A DNA stretch of 62,901 nucleotides, the filler included, from Hyphochytrium catenoides (lineage: Eukaryota > Protista > Hyphochytriomycota), in assembly GCA_900088475.1 (NCBI GenBank). It is 5 parts of 5 records of this genome, joined end to end, with 100 filler letters (N's around TTAATTAATTAA, not from the genome) between each part and the next. Parts side by side here need not be neighbours in the genome. Positions count along the whole stretch, not along the records: positions 32,402 to 59,511 come from FLMG01003891.1; 4 more parts are not named here. The stretch is one strand, 5' to 3'. The notes beneath the pieces were generated by a model. It ran no database searches, had not been told where the DNA came from, and saw nothing but the letters and a program-made list of their open reading frames with translations. The first letter of the stretch is position 1, and the number at the start of each line of letters is the position of its first letter. Both the position numbers and the translations under genes were made by a program. Positions 45,647-58,894 of this stretch are shown piece by piece.

Positions 45647-46035
45647 GTCTTCTATTGGTGAAACTATCTGTGATATCAAGATCGAAGTCTGTGGATGTAC
45701 AGGAACACAGCCATGGAGGTTGACGATTATCGGCTGTGGAACAGCGTCTCCTTCTTACCAGCTCTCATCTACAGTGAGCCAGCCGAGCGGGACTAGCATT
45801 GCTGGAGACTCAACCGGCACGATTATTTATTTGTCTCTGTTAGCAGTTAAACGGCAGGTGACTATGTAAGTGTACCAAAGCGTAATGTCTGAAGTAGCCT
45901 CACAGGCGGCCGTCAACGGATGCTTGGCCTTTTGTCCTCTCGCTTGGGCAAAGCAATATTAACCTCAAGCACCAACCAACGCGTCTTGTTGGCTGATGCT
46001 ATTGGCAAGCGTGTTACAGTATACGTCCTACAATA

Positions 46036-47378
46036 TCATTCCGACATGGCAACGTCAACTCGCTGCTGTAGGAATTGAAGGATGTGGTCAAGGAGGCGGG
46101 GTACATCGTTGAGTCCCTTTTTGACTTCAAAGCCTATCAGGATGCCTACATGTATAATCCACATCAATGTCCCTGTCTGTATCAACCCAGTGAGTGACCA
46201 AACCTAAGGGATTACCTTTCTCTTGGTAATGGTTCACTAAAGGCGCTGTCTCCCCATGGTAAACTCTCAAGCGATGCTGAATAACATCTGGAGTATCATC
46301 ATCTCGCGATAGCAGTTCATCGTTGCCACACACGTCACAGACGCCATGTATTCTTGGAAGCAGCGGCGGCATGTCCAAACCCTCTGTGGCAGCGGAACAA
46401 GAGGTGAAACCTTAGTCCCCCTGAAACCACTAGTTATCTTTATCAGGTGCCCTACCTTTCTCGCAGTATATATTGGCTAAGTTGTAACCTGTGCCACAGT
46501 GTGAGCACACCCTAGTGAGGTAGACAGTCAGAACCACGTCTGTTGGGTACACCTTGCAACCTATTAATATCAATATACTTCACCTTCTGCCTAAGATCTT
46601 CTCCGTCAGTACCCACTCTGGTATGTTGATATTGGTCACAAGGTCAAGCTCTGAGACCTGTAGAGACACAAAAGAGCATGGCCAGTAGGTAAAAAGAGAG
46701 TGTGCCTGCAGTAGCTCAAGAGGAAAAGACGTACTTCATGAAATAGTTTTGCTTGTTGAACATTGCGTGGGAAGCCATCCTGCATTGGAAGACCAATGTC
46801 AGCAGAATTATCGCCTCTGAAGGATCTGTGAGGCAGCGTACCAACAAATATCCTCCCGCACAGTCATCCTCTAGCAAGCGAAGTCTCACCTAACCAGAAC
46901 ACATGGTTAGGCCTATGTACCCATAGTAGCACGAGGCGCGGACAAATCGTCAACTCACCATCTCGAGCACGATTTCATCAGGAACAAGAGCTCCCTTGTT
47001 GGTATATCTCTGCATGCATTGCAAAGTATGGGAGATCAGGAAAAGTTACAAGGAGTTTTGGAAAAAAGAGTGTCTCACCTCTAGCTGTGACGCTAAAGCG
47101 GTCTTTGCCTTGATTTGCCTTCTGATAATGTCGCCAGTGGAAATGACTGGGACGCCGAGCGCCGGCCCAATCTTGGCTGCATATGTACCTTTTCCGACCC
47201 CCGGCGGGCCTAGGAACATAAGGTTAAGTCTATTCGACCTCGACCCGGAAGAGAATGTACGGCCCGAGGGTCCATTTGACCCCCAAGATCTTGTTAAGAG
47301 GTCACCCCGCCATACTTTTCCAGCCACCCTTCTCTCTGACGTCGGCGCTGCAAAGTGAAGCAGAGAAGGTCTCTTCAT
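46036..47378 (-). CDS. adk: Adenylate kinase, long form with zinc-binding LID and probable organellar presequence; 8 exons
   Basis: [34 protein letters not shown]|[48 protein letters not shown]; all joins are GT-AG. Confidence 0.93.
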
Positions 47379-50300
47379 GGAGGGTTGCACTGAAAGGAAA
47401 TGTTCCAGTTGTTCCTACTAGAAGATCCACAAGTCAAGGATGATGCTTCAGGTGCCTACGGTCAAAGATTGTTGTGCACTCTAGTAATCCTAGGCTGCCT
47501 GTCCTGTACAGGAAACTGCTGCAATGGCGTTAGAAGAGGTGATTTCCGTAAAGTAAGTGCGGTGATAACACTTGCAAGTTGAAGCTGCGTGTCTCTTGAT
47601 GGAAGTTGCAGATTGACGGATTGTGGCGACTGAGGAGCTCTGCCCTCTCAGCATTGCTGGCAGGTCATCAGAATGATTGAGGCGACACGGCCAAACACAC
47701 AGACGATGCTGGCGCGACAGAAAAGTGGGAACTGAATGTGGGTGGGTCAATGTTCTATATGGGTGAGGCACACTCATAACCCCGAACTCACTGTGAATAG
47801 CACTAGACCCGATTACCTGCTAGTTAACATAGATATCCATAACGATGAGGAACCTGTCGTCTAGGGTCCATTGTTCACTATAATCTGTCATTATTTTGAC
47901 GAAGCTTAGTCAAACGCCATGTATTTGTTGTTGATAACAGTGTTGAGGCTGACCCATATATGGAGAGAGGAACAGCTCAAAAGAAATGAAGGAAGAAGCG
48001 CAGGATCCTTGATGATCCGAATGAAGGGTCATTCATTCAACGAGGAGGAGACCAGATCATCTGGAGGAAGAGCAGCGAGAAGAAGAAGAGCAGCGGCGAA
48101 GTTTGCATGTATGGGTTAAGCCCCTCGATGGCAGGCTTCTTACTACCAAGAGCGGCGGCATGATGCTGAGCTCCAAAATAACAGTTTGATCCGAGGCTCA
48201 ATAACCGTTTCCTTGTTTTGTGAGAGGCACATGCATGCGGCACGCGAGATGGGCTGCTACAGCAAATATGGATGCTGCAGCTATCGACGATCTATCCCCC
48301 ACCGCGTGGGAGATCAGAATGCTAGTAGCTGGTACTCATTATCTGTAAGCCTGATTGAGAAGTGATCTATGCTAAGATGCTTACGTGATTCCCTATCAAT
48401 AATATTAGAAAAGCGCTATTACTTGAGTGCTGGCAAATTTACTGTTAAGGCCATCACCAAAGACGATACCTCCTGCTGGCTTACCTTATTATTGGAAGAG
48501 TAAAGCTTGCCCACAACACTAGCTAAGTGACAAATGCTGTCCTCCTCGCTCGTCCGTCATCGTAGCGAAGAAAAGAAACACAGATATGGCATGAAATGGG
48601 CATCATCCTTATTGCTCTCCGTCCCGCCGAGCTGTTAATGTAGTAGTCCACTTATACTATAATCTAGTCGCTTAGTAGTAAGGGCTCTCATCAGCAGTAC
48701 AATTGCCAAAGTGTTCGTAGCAGGCCGTCCTCCCACCAAAGAGTCCATTTGCACTTACTGACTCGTCGCTCACGATGACTGAAGCTTTATTATGCTATCA
48801 CAACTATAACAAGAAAGAAGACTAGGAATCCTTTGGCTTCAAAAAGCGCTCCTTCAACTGTTCTTCTCTGTTTCCATTCGATAACACAAGTACGTTTTCT
48901 GCGGCAAGTGCCCCATAAATTGTCTGATCTTGGCCCCCATTTGCTTCCGGACCACCACATCACGGTATAGTCACTGATGTAAATAGCGAGTGCTTGCAGT
49001 AGGGGCAAGCGGGCAGCCACTTGCATGTCTCTGATGAGCGCCAGCATTCTATAGCTTGTCCATGGGTAACAGGCAAGAACCTCAAACTAGCTAGAACGTT
49101 ACGATCACTACTATGAATAGTCTTCCCCTTTCTCCTTAGCTGGCCTACGTCAATCGAAGCTGCCTGGTTGGTCGTCACATCTCGTCCTTTCTCCAGCAGT
49201 AACGCAACTGGTTCCCTATCTCCGCCACGGTTTTGATAAGGAACAAGGAACCTCTGCACGGAACCGCTGGCGGGTAGTAGGAAGTACCGGCTCACAAAGA
49301 GACAGTACTTTCCCTTTGCCTTTTAGGCAAGGTAAAGCGCCAGTCCGAATGACTGGGTAGTATCGGTCTCTGCCTTCCCCATCATTGGAGCCAAGTCGCC
49401 GCTCATCTATGTGTAACCCAATGATCTGCCCGATGGGGATGACCGTCGCCTACACAGGTGTATAGGGGTTAATTGCTTTCATTAAGAACTCCATAGTGGA
49501 GATGTGTGGTGGCTGTCTACCATGGGTAGCCAGAGCTCCTCACGACATAAAAAGAAACAGCCACTTTGGACCCCTAACAAGTGCTGAGAAAAGCCAACAG
49601 GATCTTGTATCTTAGTTTCCCATGACGATTTGGGTAGCATTTCGTATTCCCACATGAGAGAATGCGAATGGGGGTTACACTTTTGACGTCTCTGCAGCCC
49701 ATCGCTGTCAATCTCTCTCTCTCTCTCCCTCTCTCTCTCCCTCTCTCTCTNNNNNNNNNNNNNNNNNNNNNNNNNNNNNNNNNNCTTCTCTCAGTTTCGT
49801 TCTAATTCTTCCTCCCTTTCGCGCTCTCTCTCTCTCTCTCTTCTATCTGCACCGTTTGTCCCCCCGTTTGTCCAAGACAACAGGAGGCTGAGGCAACAGA
49901 GAGAAAGAGAGAGTAAAGCGGGATGAAGAGCAGGGCCTTAGAAAGGACTGAGTTTAATGCCAAGTAGGAGGACGATGTGAAGGCTGCGGTAGAGCTAGCG
50001 CGAAGAAGGGGCAGAGAGATGAAGATGATTTGGAGACAGCGCCGCTCCTGAGTGCTTGCAGGACTTTGTGAGGATGGTAGAGTTTTAGTCAAAGCGAAGG
50101 AGATACCTTAACAAGCTGTTCTCACAAGGTGCCCGGGGACTCCAACACTGTCTTCAGCTTTCTCTGTGTGTTGCACCCGAGATAGCAGCGCTGGAAGAGA
50201 CTGCCCAATAATCGGACACCTATACACGCGGCCACGACTAAGGACGGGACTTCTCTTGCCTGAGCATAGTCTTCTGGTCTTATCCTTTGCTTTCCGCACT

Positions 50301-50587
50301 ATAAAAGTCGGTCCATAAGTCAAATTGGCCCACGGAAGAGCCGAGATGACATAAGGCAAATGGTGCTGGTGGACCCGTCAAGGGCAGCAGAGGACTCATT
50401 GCACTGTTCACGGTGCTAACCTTGTCCTCTAACGCCCCTGCCCCTTTCGCTACTCGCGAAGCCGATCTTTCTCTCCCTCTATCGCGGAAAGAAGCTCTCC
50501 TACCGTAGAAAGGAGAGAAATCGGTAGCCTCTAGCAGGAAGGTGTTTGATATGCCACGCTCAGCGTGAGCGAAGTACTACATCCGGC

Positions 50588-51496
50588 ATGGAAGATAGAG
50601 ACGACGATAGTGGCGAACAGGCGCATGTGGAGAGTGATGAGGAATCTCTTCCCGGCCCCACCGTAGAAGACGATAGCGAGCCAACACGGCCGAAGCTCCA
50701 TAAATACTCTACCACGCTTGCCGTCCGGAACGCGGAAGAGAACAAGGCAATCGGGCTCAGCGCGGATGGGAGCCTTAGAAAGGTCTCAGAGAGCCGCCCT
50801 GAGGGGCTGTGCGACATCGAAGACGATAAGCTTGACATCCGGAGGGGATCCGTCTGTTATGGCACACTAGCCAGCGAGAATCATAGTCTGGACGGGGACG
50901 CAGACGATGGAGATGCAAATGACTTCGATAAGGAGCATGGGCAAACGCCCGATGGGCAGACTGAGGATGGACATAGAAGCAGCATTCTGCGGCGAGAGAG
51001 CGCGTATAGAAATGGCAATGTACCTTCTAGCACTCCCAAGCTAGTATGGGCGGACCATTCGGGTACCGAGCCCCTAGATGAGGTAAGCACTTGGAGGAAC
51101 GAGCAAACGTTGCACCTGGTCATGCTGTCAACCTGCCGATAGTCGTAGATGAACTTCCTGTCCGCATCTTCTCTCCCTTCGATATCTCGTCTGTGCCATT
51201 CTGCTTTTCCAAGATGTTCCACTCCGTCCTGTCTTTTTATCCTCCGCAGCTGCCCCTCCTGTCTTTCTAACTACTTCTCAAGTCCAGTGGTATGTCCCTG
51301 TCTCAATTCCTAGCGGCTATAGCTTCATCGTACTCCTTCGCATCTCGCGCCCTCCTTCTTTTTCCTCGTCTAACTCCACGGCTGACGCTTGTAGGTGGTC
51401 ATCTGCGACAAGAATTATTATAAGACGCCTGCAGAAGAGGAAGAGTCACAGGAAGTTCCAGTCACTCACAAGTCCTCCTGCTGTATAATATCATAG
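50588..51496 (+). CDS. Small acidic disordered protein with PP1-docking-like motifs and C-terminal CaaX; 2 exons
   Basis: Exon 1 50588-51082 (GAG|GTAAG), exon 2 51395-51496 (GCTGAC..TTGTAG|). The join reads SSILRR...PKLVWADHSGTEPLDE|VVICDKNYY...KSSCCIIS*. Confidence 0.72.
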
Positions 51497-51975
51497 CCAA
51501 CCGTAGAGCTCAAGCCAGAGCCACTCTCGGCTCCACAGCAAGTCGCGCCCCCAACCAACTAGAGAGCAAAAGAAAGTTACCCTGTGGAAGACTAACCCGC
51601 ATCCCCTCCCGTCCGGCTCCAAAGGCGTCCTTGGACACTCTTTTAGGTTCCACAGCACATTGTGGAAAGGACAACGAGCAAGATCTCTGTCTATCCGAGC
51701 TGAAGTCTAGAAAGAAGATCGAGGAAGGTCGTCCCACGTGCTCTCTTGGGAAGCGGTTGGCGGAGCATAAGGCAACCTTATCTCTATTACTGCTCAAAGC
51801 TGTAAGCTTAAGGGCGCCTAGGGCACGAGCTCTCCTCGTCACTGTTAGATAGATCAATAACCTGACGACATCGGCAGGCCAATAGCGAAACCTATTCCGT
51901 TAAGGAGAGACGCATCCCTCGCTAATATATTGAAATGTCCCTTAGCCCAACACGGTGGCGGAGTCTCTATGGAGC

Positions 51976-54732
51976 TCACGACTCTGTATTATGGTCAATG
52001 ATCTCAAACCCTCTCATCACGTCCTTTTCCTCTTTCAGCCGCTGCTGCTTCGGAGATGCTCTTTTGGTGGATCTCCTGCTACCAAGAGCGTTTGCTTTTT
52101 CATCTTTGTTAGCTTTCGCCTGTTTGATCAGCCTCTCTCTGTCCAAGATGGAGGTAAGGTCTCTATCTGCGATGCCTTCAACTAACCTCTCATCCTGTTG
52201 AATGCTCACGTCGTCACGTAGAATCTCTCGAAGCTCATCTGCTGTCAATGACGACGAGGAGGCAGAGGCGATGTCCTTGAACTGTCCGCGACTGATTACC
52301 AATCGCGCTAGCTTCCTCTTGGCGTTTGCCTTCATTAGAATCTTGTTCTCCACAGAGTTCCTAGTGATCAAGCGGTACACGACCACATTCTTCTCTTGTC
52401 CTATGCGATGGCAGCGATCTTGAGCTTGGTTGTCCTGGTGAGGGTTCCAGTCGGAGTCAAAAAGGATGACAGTGTCCGCCGACTTTAGGTTAATCCCCAG
52501 GCCCCCCGCCCTTGTAGACAGAAGGAAGCAGAAGATACTGTCATCGCCGTTAAAGGCGGTGATCTCACTGTGTCGCTCTGTCATGGGAGTGCTCCCGTCA
52601 ATCCGGCAGTAGGAATAACCCTTCGAGTCCATATAGTCTTCGATAATATCTAGCATCGTAGTCATTTGAGAGAAGAGAAGCACACGATGTCCCGCAGCCT
52701 TGAGGCCAGCCAGCATTCTGTCCAGCACCTGCATCTTTCCGGAGTCCTGCACAATACTATGCTTGCCTTTCCTTCTTAGATAATGTCCTTTGTCATCTCT
52801 GAAGCCACCAAAGAGGTAAGGATGGTTGCAGCACTTCCTGAGCTGCATCAGAGTGTTCATCAACGAGCCTGTTCCACCAGCATTGCTGCCCTTGACTCCA
52901 TGCTCTCTCTCCAGATACGAGCCTAGCTCTTTCGAAGCGATCAATCGCTGGTATTCTTGCTACAGAAGGCCAATTGGGGATGTCAGTGGGTGTGTACAGT
53001 ACTTTTGTGCATGGAAGAGAATAGAGGGGGGCGCAGCGACAGACAGAGGCTAAGATGTGTTAGAGAGAGAAAGATTGACAGCGAAACCAACGAGAGAGAG
53101 AGTCAAAGAATATATAGAGACGGACGCAGAGAGAGAAAGTGTACAGGGTTCACCAGAAACGAGAGAAGGCCCTCACCTGCATTGGTGACTTCCCCGCATA
53201 GACCACAACCTCAACCTTTTCAGGCAACTCTTTAACAACGTCAGACTTTACTCTGCGCAACAGAAAGGGTCTAAGGATGTCATGCAGCTTGGAAACCATC
53301 TGGTCATTGGCCTCCGCGTCAATAATCTTGTTTTCTCCATAAGAATCGAAGCCAAACCACTTCTCAAAGACGTCAAGTTCATCAAAAATGTCTGGGAGAA
53401 GGAAATTCAACAGGCTCCAGAGCTCCACAAGGTTATTCTGCAACGGCGTGCCAGACAGCAACAGACGGTTCTCGGTCGACAAGAGTTTCAGCTCCCGGAT
53501 AAGCCTGCAGTTCATATTCTTGAGCCTGTGGCCCTCATCAACCACGAGATACTTCCAAGATATGTTCGTGAGGTACTTGCGGTCTCTCATGGCAATTTCA
53601 TAAGATGTGATGACGATCGGACACGCCTCTCGCTGTTTCGCGTTGGCGATCTTTGAAGACCTGATGGTCTCTCTCTCTTGCTGAGTGCCGTGGTACAGAA
53701 CTGAGCCAATTGATGGCGTCCATTTCTCTATCTCTTTCTGCCAGTTTGAGAGCGTTGAGAGAGGGGCCACTACGAGCATTGGACCCGGCACATTGTGCTC
53801 AATTAGATGAGCAAAGAGCCCTATCACTTGTATGGTCTTTCCCAGTCCCATCTCGTCAGCTAAAATACCGTTGATCCCATTTTCAAACAGGGAGGCCAGC
53901 CACCGTACGCCTTGCAGCTGGTAGTCCCTCAGCGTGCCGCCCGTCATAGAGCGAGGCTGCTTGAAGGAAGACGCAACGGACTTAGCCTCTGTGAGGGCCG
54001 CTTGGGCAGCAACTTTTTCATACTTGGCTGCAGCTCTGATCCGCTTTTGGTTCTGTTGGTCCAAACCACGGAATCGTGAGCAGAGCGAAGACGGAGCGCT
54101 AAAAGTCAGAGACAGAACTGAAAGTAGAACTAGTGTCAACGGGCTCCTACCTTCTGCTCTGCCGTTGCGCTGGCCCTTTTGCGACCCTTTCTGGGCCTCT
54201 GTGGAGTAGCAAAAAGCACAAGGACTAAGGATTAGCTGCAGTATACTGCATCTCGGTCGGTTGCAGTACCACTGACCTCTTCTGCTTGGACGAGCTCACT
54301 TGGCTCAGTGGTCGGGATAGGAGCACTTGCTTCCACCAGGTTGCTTCTAAGGAAATTCGCATAGGCCCCAGCTTTCTCCAGCAGCAGGTGTAAACGATTC
54401 CGCTTCTCACCCGAGGACTTCTCACTGCTAGCATCGTCTCAATGTTCAGAATCTAGCTAAACGGCAGGTCTTATCGGAGGACAGAAAGCTTACCTATCAA
54501 CTTGTAACTGTGCTTCGCGCTCTTGGAACTCTTCGGCATTGCGAAGAGAAGCTAGGCGTTCTTCTTCTATAAGCTCTGGTGGAATCAGGGCAACTTCCTC
54601 ATCAAAAGATGAACTTTCAGTCAGCACTTCCGCCTGATCTTCCTTTAAACTGCCGGCGGCATCCATGACGCCCACGGCCTGCCCTTCGGTGCCATAGGCC
54701 TCCTGATCCGCTGGCTTGCCAATAATCTGCAT
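51976..54732 (-). CDS. HELLS: SNF2-family chromatin remodeler, HELLS/LSH/DDM1 subfamily; multi-exon
   Basis: N-terminal RLHLLLEKAGAYANFL. QPRSMTGGTLRDYQLQGVRWL..LFENGINGILADEMGLGKT, VVDEGHRLKNMNCRLIREL, LLLSGTPLQNNL, MQLRKCCNHPYLF, FLLSTRAGGLGINL, DSDWNPHQDNQAQDRCHRIGQ. Confidence 0.92.
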
Positions 54733-55069
54733 CCTAGGCTTTATCGTGAACTGTCCTGTCGCCTCCTTCCGTCAAGCGCTTCCTCTGAATTGATCACTGG
54801 CGACTGCTGTCCCTGATAGCTGGCTAATCTCTCATTGAGCTGCGGGGAGAGAGGCTTCTTGGAGACTGACAGAGATTCTTCATCGGGGAACGAAAGAAAT
54901 CGTCGACCGGGAACTGTGACGTCTCATCATCCCACACCCATCATGCCCATTCATAATAATCTTCATGAGTCGCTTTTGATTCTTATTTATTGAAATGGTT
55001 ATTTAGGATGGTGGCGGCGATCAGAATTTGGCGGGAAGTGCTGTGTTTTGGTGGTTCCCTTGGCGCCAT

Positions 55070-55585
55070 CAGAGACAGAGAGAGAGACAGAGGCCGAGAG
55101 AGACAGACAGAGAGAGAGAGAGACAGAGCGAGAGAGAGAGACAGAGAGAGAGACAGAGGCCGAGAGAGACAGACAGAGAGAGAGAGAGACAGACAGAGAG
55201 AGAGAGACAGAGAGAGCGAGAGAGGTACAGAGAGAGAGAGAGAGACAGAGAGACAGAGAGAGAGAGACACAGAGAGAGAGAGAGACAGAGAGACAGAGAG
55301 AGAGAGAGGCACAGAGAGAGAGAGAGACAGAGAGAGAGAGAGAGACAGAGAGGGAAGACAGAGAGAGAGAGAGAGGACAAGAAACAGAGAGAACGGAAGA
55401 GTGAACGTGAGAGAGAGAACGACGGGGAGGAAGGAAGGACAGAGAGAGAGAGAGAGAAAGGGGAAGAGAGAGAACGAGTCGGAGCGAGGAGCGAGAGAGA
55501 GAGAGNNNNNNNNNNNNNNNNNNNNNNNNNNNNNNNNNNNNNNNNNNNNNNNNNNNNNGGGAGAGAGAGAGAGAGTGAGAGAGAG
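55070..55585. repeat. Long compound (GA)n/(GACA) microsatellite between divergent HELLS and Hsp70 genes
   Basis: Directly visible; includes an N gap. Confidence 0.95.
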
Positions 55586-55887
55586 GAAGAAAGAGGGGAA
55601 AAGACAGCATGCTATGCCAGAGAGAGCATGGGAGATTGAAACCGGAGAAAGGGCTTGGAATAATAAGACACGATGATACAAAGAAGGAAAAACCCTTCAG
55701 GTTGAGAACGACCAGGCCGCTCAGGTCTGTCTTTCTGTCATCGACAAGGTCTTTCCGGTGACACCGTCAGTAAGCAGCTCACGGACCAGCAGGAGAGAGG
55801 AGAGAGAGACTGAAGGTCCATTGCCGCTTAATATTGCCAGCGAAACCCGGCGTCAGATTCGGTCTCTCCGCTAAAGAGTGCTTTCTC

Positions 55888-58800
55888 ATGGGCCCGGACA
55901 ACGGCGCTTTCGCCTCCTGGGAGCGCGATGAGGAGTTTGTCCCTGGAGAGCCATGCATTGGCGTTGACCTCGGGACCAGCAACTCTTGTACGATTGTCTC
56001 GAAGTAGAAGCATTGTGACCTGCCCTTTCGAGGAAGTGCTGACTCTCTGCTCTCTCACAGGCGTCTCAGTCTGGCTGTCAGACAGACATCGCGCTAAAGT
56101 CATCAGAAACGCCAGGGGAGACCGCACCACACCCTCACTCGTGACGTACAATGAGGATCTGGAGACTGAAAGTGGGATGGCCATAGCCGTAGGAGCTCTT
56201 GAAGAGGCCAGAGAGAGCGCTGGGCAGGAAGCAGCTACACCAAGAGTCGTGGTACGCTGCGTCAAGAGGCTTATCGGCAGAAAGTATGGGAGAAGAAGCG
56301 CTGCGGGACCTACGATGCATGCTTACGCCTCTTTCTTTTTGAACTTCACTTGCCAGCCTCTCAGACCCAGCGGTGCAGGCTGTCAAGAAGTATTTGGGTT
56401 ATCCGCTGGAGGAGGAGAGTGACGGCAGCGTGGTGATTGCTGTGCAGCCAAGTAGCCCAGCCTCAAAGCAGGGTCGGGTTGTGTCTCCTGAGGAAGTGTC
56501 CGCAGAGATCCTGAAAGAGCTCAAGCGATGCGCAGAACGATACCTTGGACGTGCTATTGATCAGACGGTTATCACGGTGCCTGGTGCGTTGGAAATTATC
56601 TCTTCTTTCCTCTCTTGCCTGGCTACGCCTTCTCTTTCTAGCAGCTTGTTTCTGCTGCATATTCTTCGTTGCTGACTTCCTTCTGTTGCTGCACTGGTAG
56701 CTCGTCTGTTGCTAACCTGACGAACCAACAATGAAGACTGTGTCTTACTTATGTCGTACCACAGCTTATTACTCCTCTAGACAGCGGCATGCCACAATCC
56801 GTGCGGGTCAATTGGCCGGCTTCCGTGTGGTCCGAACGCTGGCTGAGCCCACAGCTGCTGCCATGGCGTACGGGCTCTCCGTCGCTGGGGACAAGACTGT
56901 GGCGGTCTGTGACCTTGGGGGCGGAACGTTTGATGTCTCCGTGCTCAATATCCAATCTGGCAAGTTTGAGGTCCTTGCCACTGCGGGAGATCTCCAGCTA
57001 GGAGGAGAAGATGTCAACCAGCTTGTGGAGGAGGAGCTGATGAGGCAGAGGTTGGAGGAGCTGAGACGACAAGGGCTAGAGGTGTCGGCTTTGGATGGGA
57101 AAGAGCTCGAAGGGCTAAGAAAGCGCATTGAGGAGGCAAAGATTGAGCTGTCAGATTGTGAAGAGGTACAAGACGAGCTGGGACAAGCTCTGCCTGCTCT
57201 CGGAGCAATGTAGATATCTGATATCCAGCTATTTGGGTTACTCTGTTGGCGTCCTCCTCTTCTCTTTGACTGCAGTTCTGCCGTACCTCTTCTTCACCTA
57301 CTGGCCTGTTAGCTTCAAGAGAAAAATTCATTATTATCTTCTCCTACTGCGTCTCTGTTTGATAGGTTTCCATTGCGGTGCCGCGCTCTTCCGGTAGCAA
57401 GGAGCTCTTCACGTTTTCTTTGTCCAGACCCAAGTTGGAAGCTTTGGCTAGTAGTCTTCTTGATCGGTGAGCACCGTAGAATAGGTAGGATCTCAGAAGA
57501 GAAGATTGCTTAAGCCTCTCCTTGTTGGTCACTAGATGCGAGGAAGTTGTGCGGAAGGCTCTAGCCGGAGCTCAGTCTGACGCTGGAGACATCGATGAGG
57601 TCATCCTCATTGGTGGAGCGACGCGCATGCCCGCATTCGTCGAGCGGATGCACCGAATATTTGGTCCTAAGGTAGGACAGCCCAGTGGCTGTATGCGGGG
57701 ACGCTTGATGAGAAGCATCGAAGGAAGGATTAGCAGAGGGAGTGCGCTTACTAGACAATATGCATAGCAACGGCACAAGGCTTCCGCAAAGGTGGAAAAA
57801 GATAGAGAAGGAGGCAGAAAGGTAGCATGTCAAGAAATAGGGCCTGATAGAGTGTGTGGACGCGTGATCTCTCTCTAGGAGTTCTGCGAGTCGATTGACA
57901 GAGATTGTGCGGTAGCCCAAGGTGCAGCCATCAGGGGAGCAATCCTTGCTGGAGAGGACGAGGTGAGCAATGAATAGGTGCCTCCTACGTCCTTGTGTGC
58001 CTATGAGCATCTCACGTCGCTATCGCGCTCTCTCTCTTCTGTTGGAGCCTTGGCCTGAGTCTGGGCTATCTATGCACCTTGATGTGTGACTTCCCTCTCA
58101 CATTTTGTTCAACATAGCGCCTGTTGAAGGATGTCCTGATGATCGATGCGGTGCCCTATCCAATTGGACTGAAGAAGAGTGACGGCGCCTTTGAGGTGAG
58201 GCTCTGACTTCACAGTTTGGCCCCATCAGCTGCGATGGAACTCATTACCGGCCGCTTGCCGCCACATCTCCTATTTCGCTTTTCATTGCCCTCTCACTCT
58301 CTCTGTCTCTCTCTCTCTCCCTCGTTCTCGCACTTCCTCCCTCTTCTCTCTCCATCACACACAAAAACTCTCTCTCTCTCTCTCTGCGCTTCCTCCCGCA
58401 CTCTCGTCTCTACACCTCTCTCTGGCACTGTTTCTCACTCTAACAATTTCCTACCTTCCTCTTCCAGTTCATTCTCCTTCATACTTCCCTCATGATTCTG
58501 GTTTGCTCTGTTGTCCCCCTCACAGGTAATAATCCCGGCGAATGCTAAGATCCCTGCGGAGTTCACGAAAGAGTTCCTGACCGTGGAAGATGACCAAGAG
58601 GGGCTGACCATAGAAGTTTATGAGGGAGAATCCTCTCGCGCTGAGGAGAATGAGTTTGTCAACCGCTTTGACTTTATCATCCCTAAGAGTTCTAGAGGAC
58701 CAGCAGGAAAAGTGCCTCAGACGGTGAAGTTCTATCTAGATGGCGGCGGCGTGCTGCAGGTCAAAGCTGGAGTGGCACTGGCTGAGCCTGAGGAGTCAGC

Positions 58801-58894
58801 GTTCTCCTTCTATCTTCTCTCTTTCCTCGTAGTAGTGCTGAGTATATGCTATGTTTATGCTAAGCTGCACTTTGGAGAAAGCCTCTCCGACTGA
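55888..58894 (+). CDS. Atypical Hsp70: ATPase domain + linker + beta substrate-binding subdomain + C-terminal TM helix, no helical lid; 9 exons
   Basis: Exons 55888-55987, 56061-56283, 56357-56584, 56765-57166, 57366-57466, 57537-57671, 57879-57962, 58118-58195, 58526-58894. Motifs [93 protein letters not shown], then [20 protein letters not shown]. Confidence 0.9.

Noticed and set aside
48960-49295. Ankyrin-like VALLLEKGRDV
   Set aside because: One partial motif, no TPLH-type context or repeat
51976-54732. Functional link between HELLS/DDM1 and the nearby hairpins or TEs
   Set aside because: Conserved housekeeping gene about 18 kb away; proximity in a eukaryote is not evidence
54983-55681. 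Long ER/SL-repeat ORFs, and the many similar ORFs at 1-2700, 15046-15469 and 23955-25117
   Set aside because: Translations of (GA)n/(CT)n microsatellites
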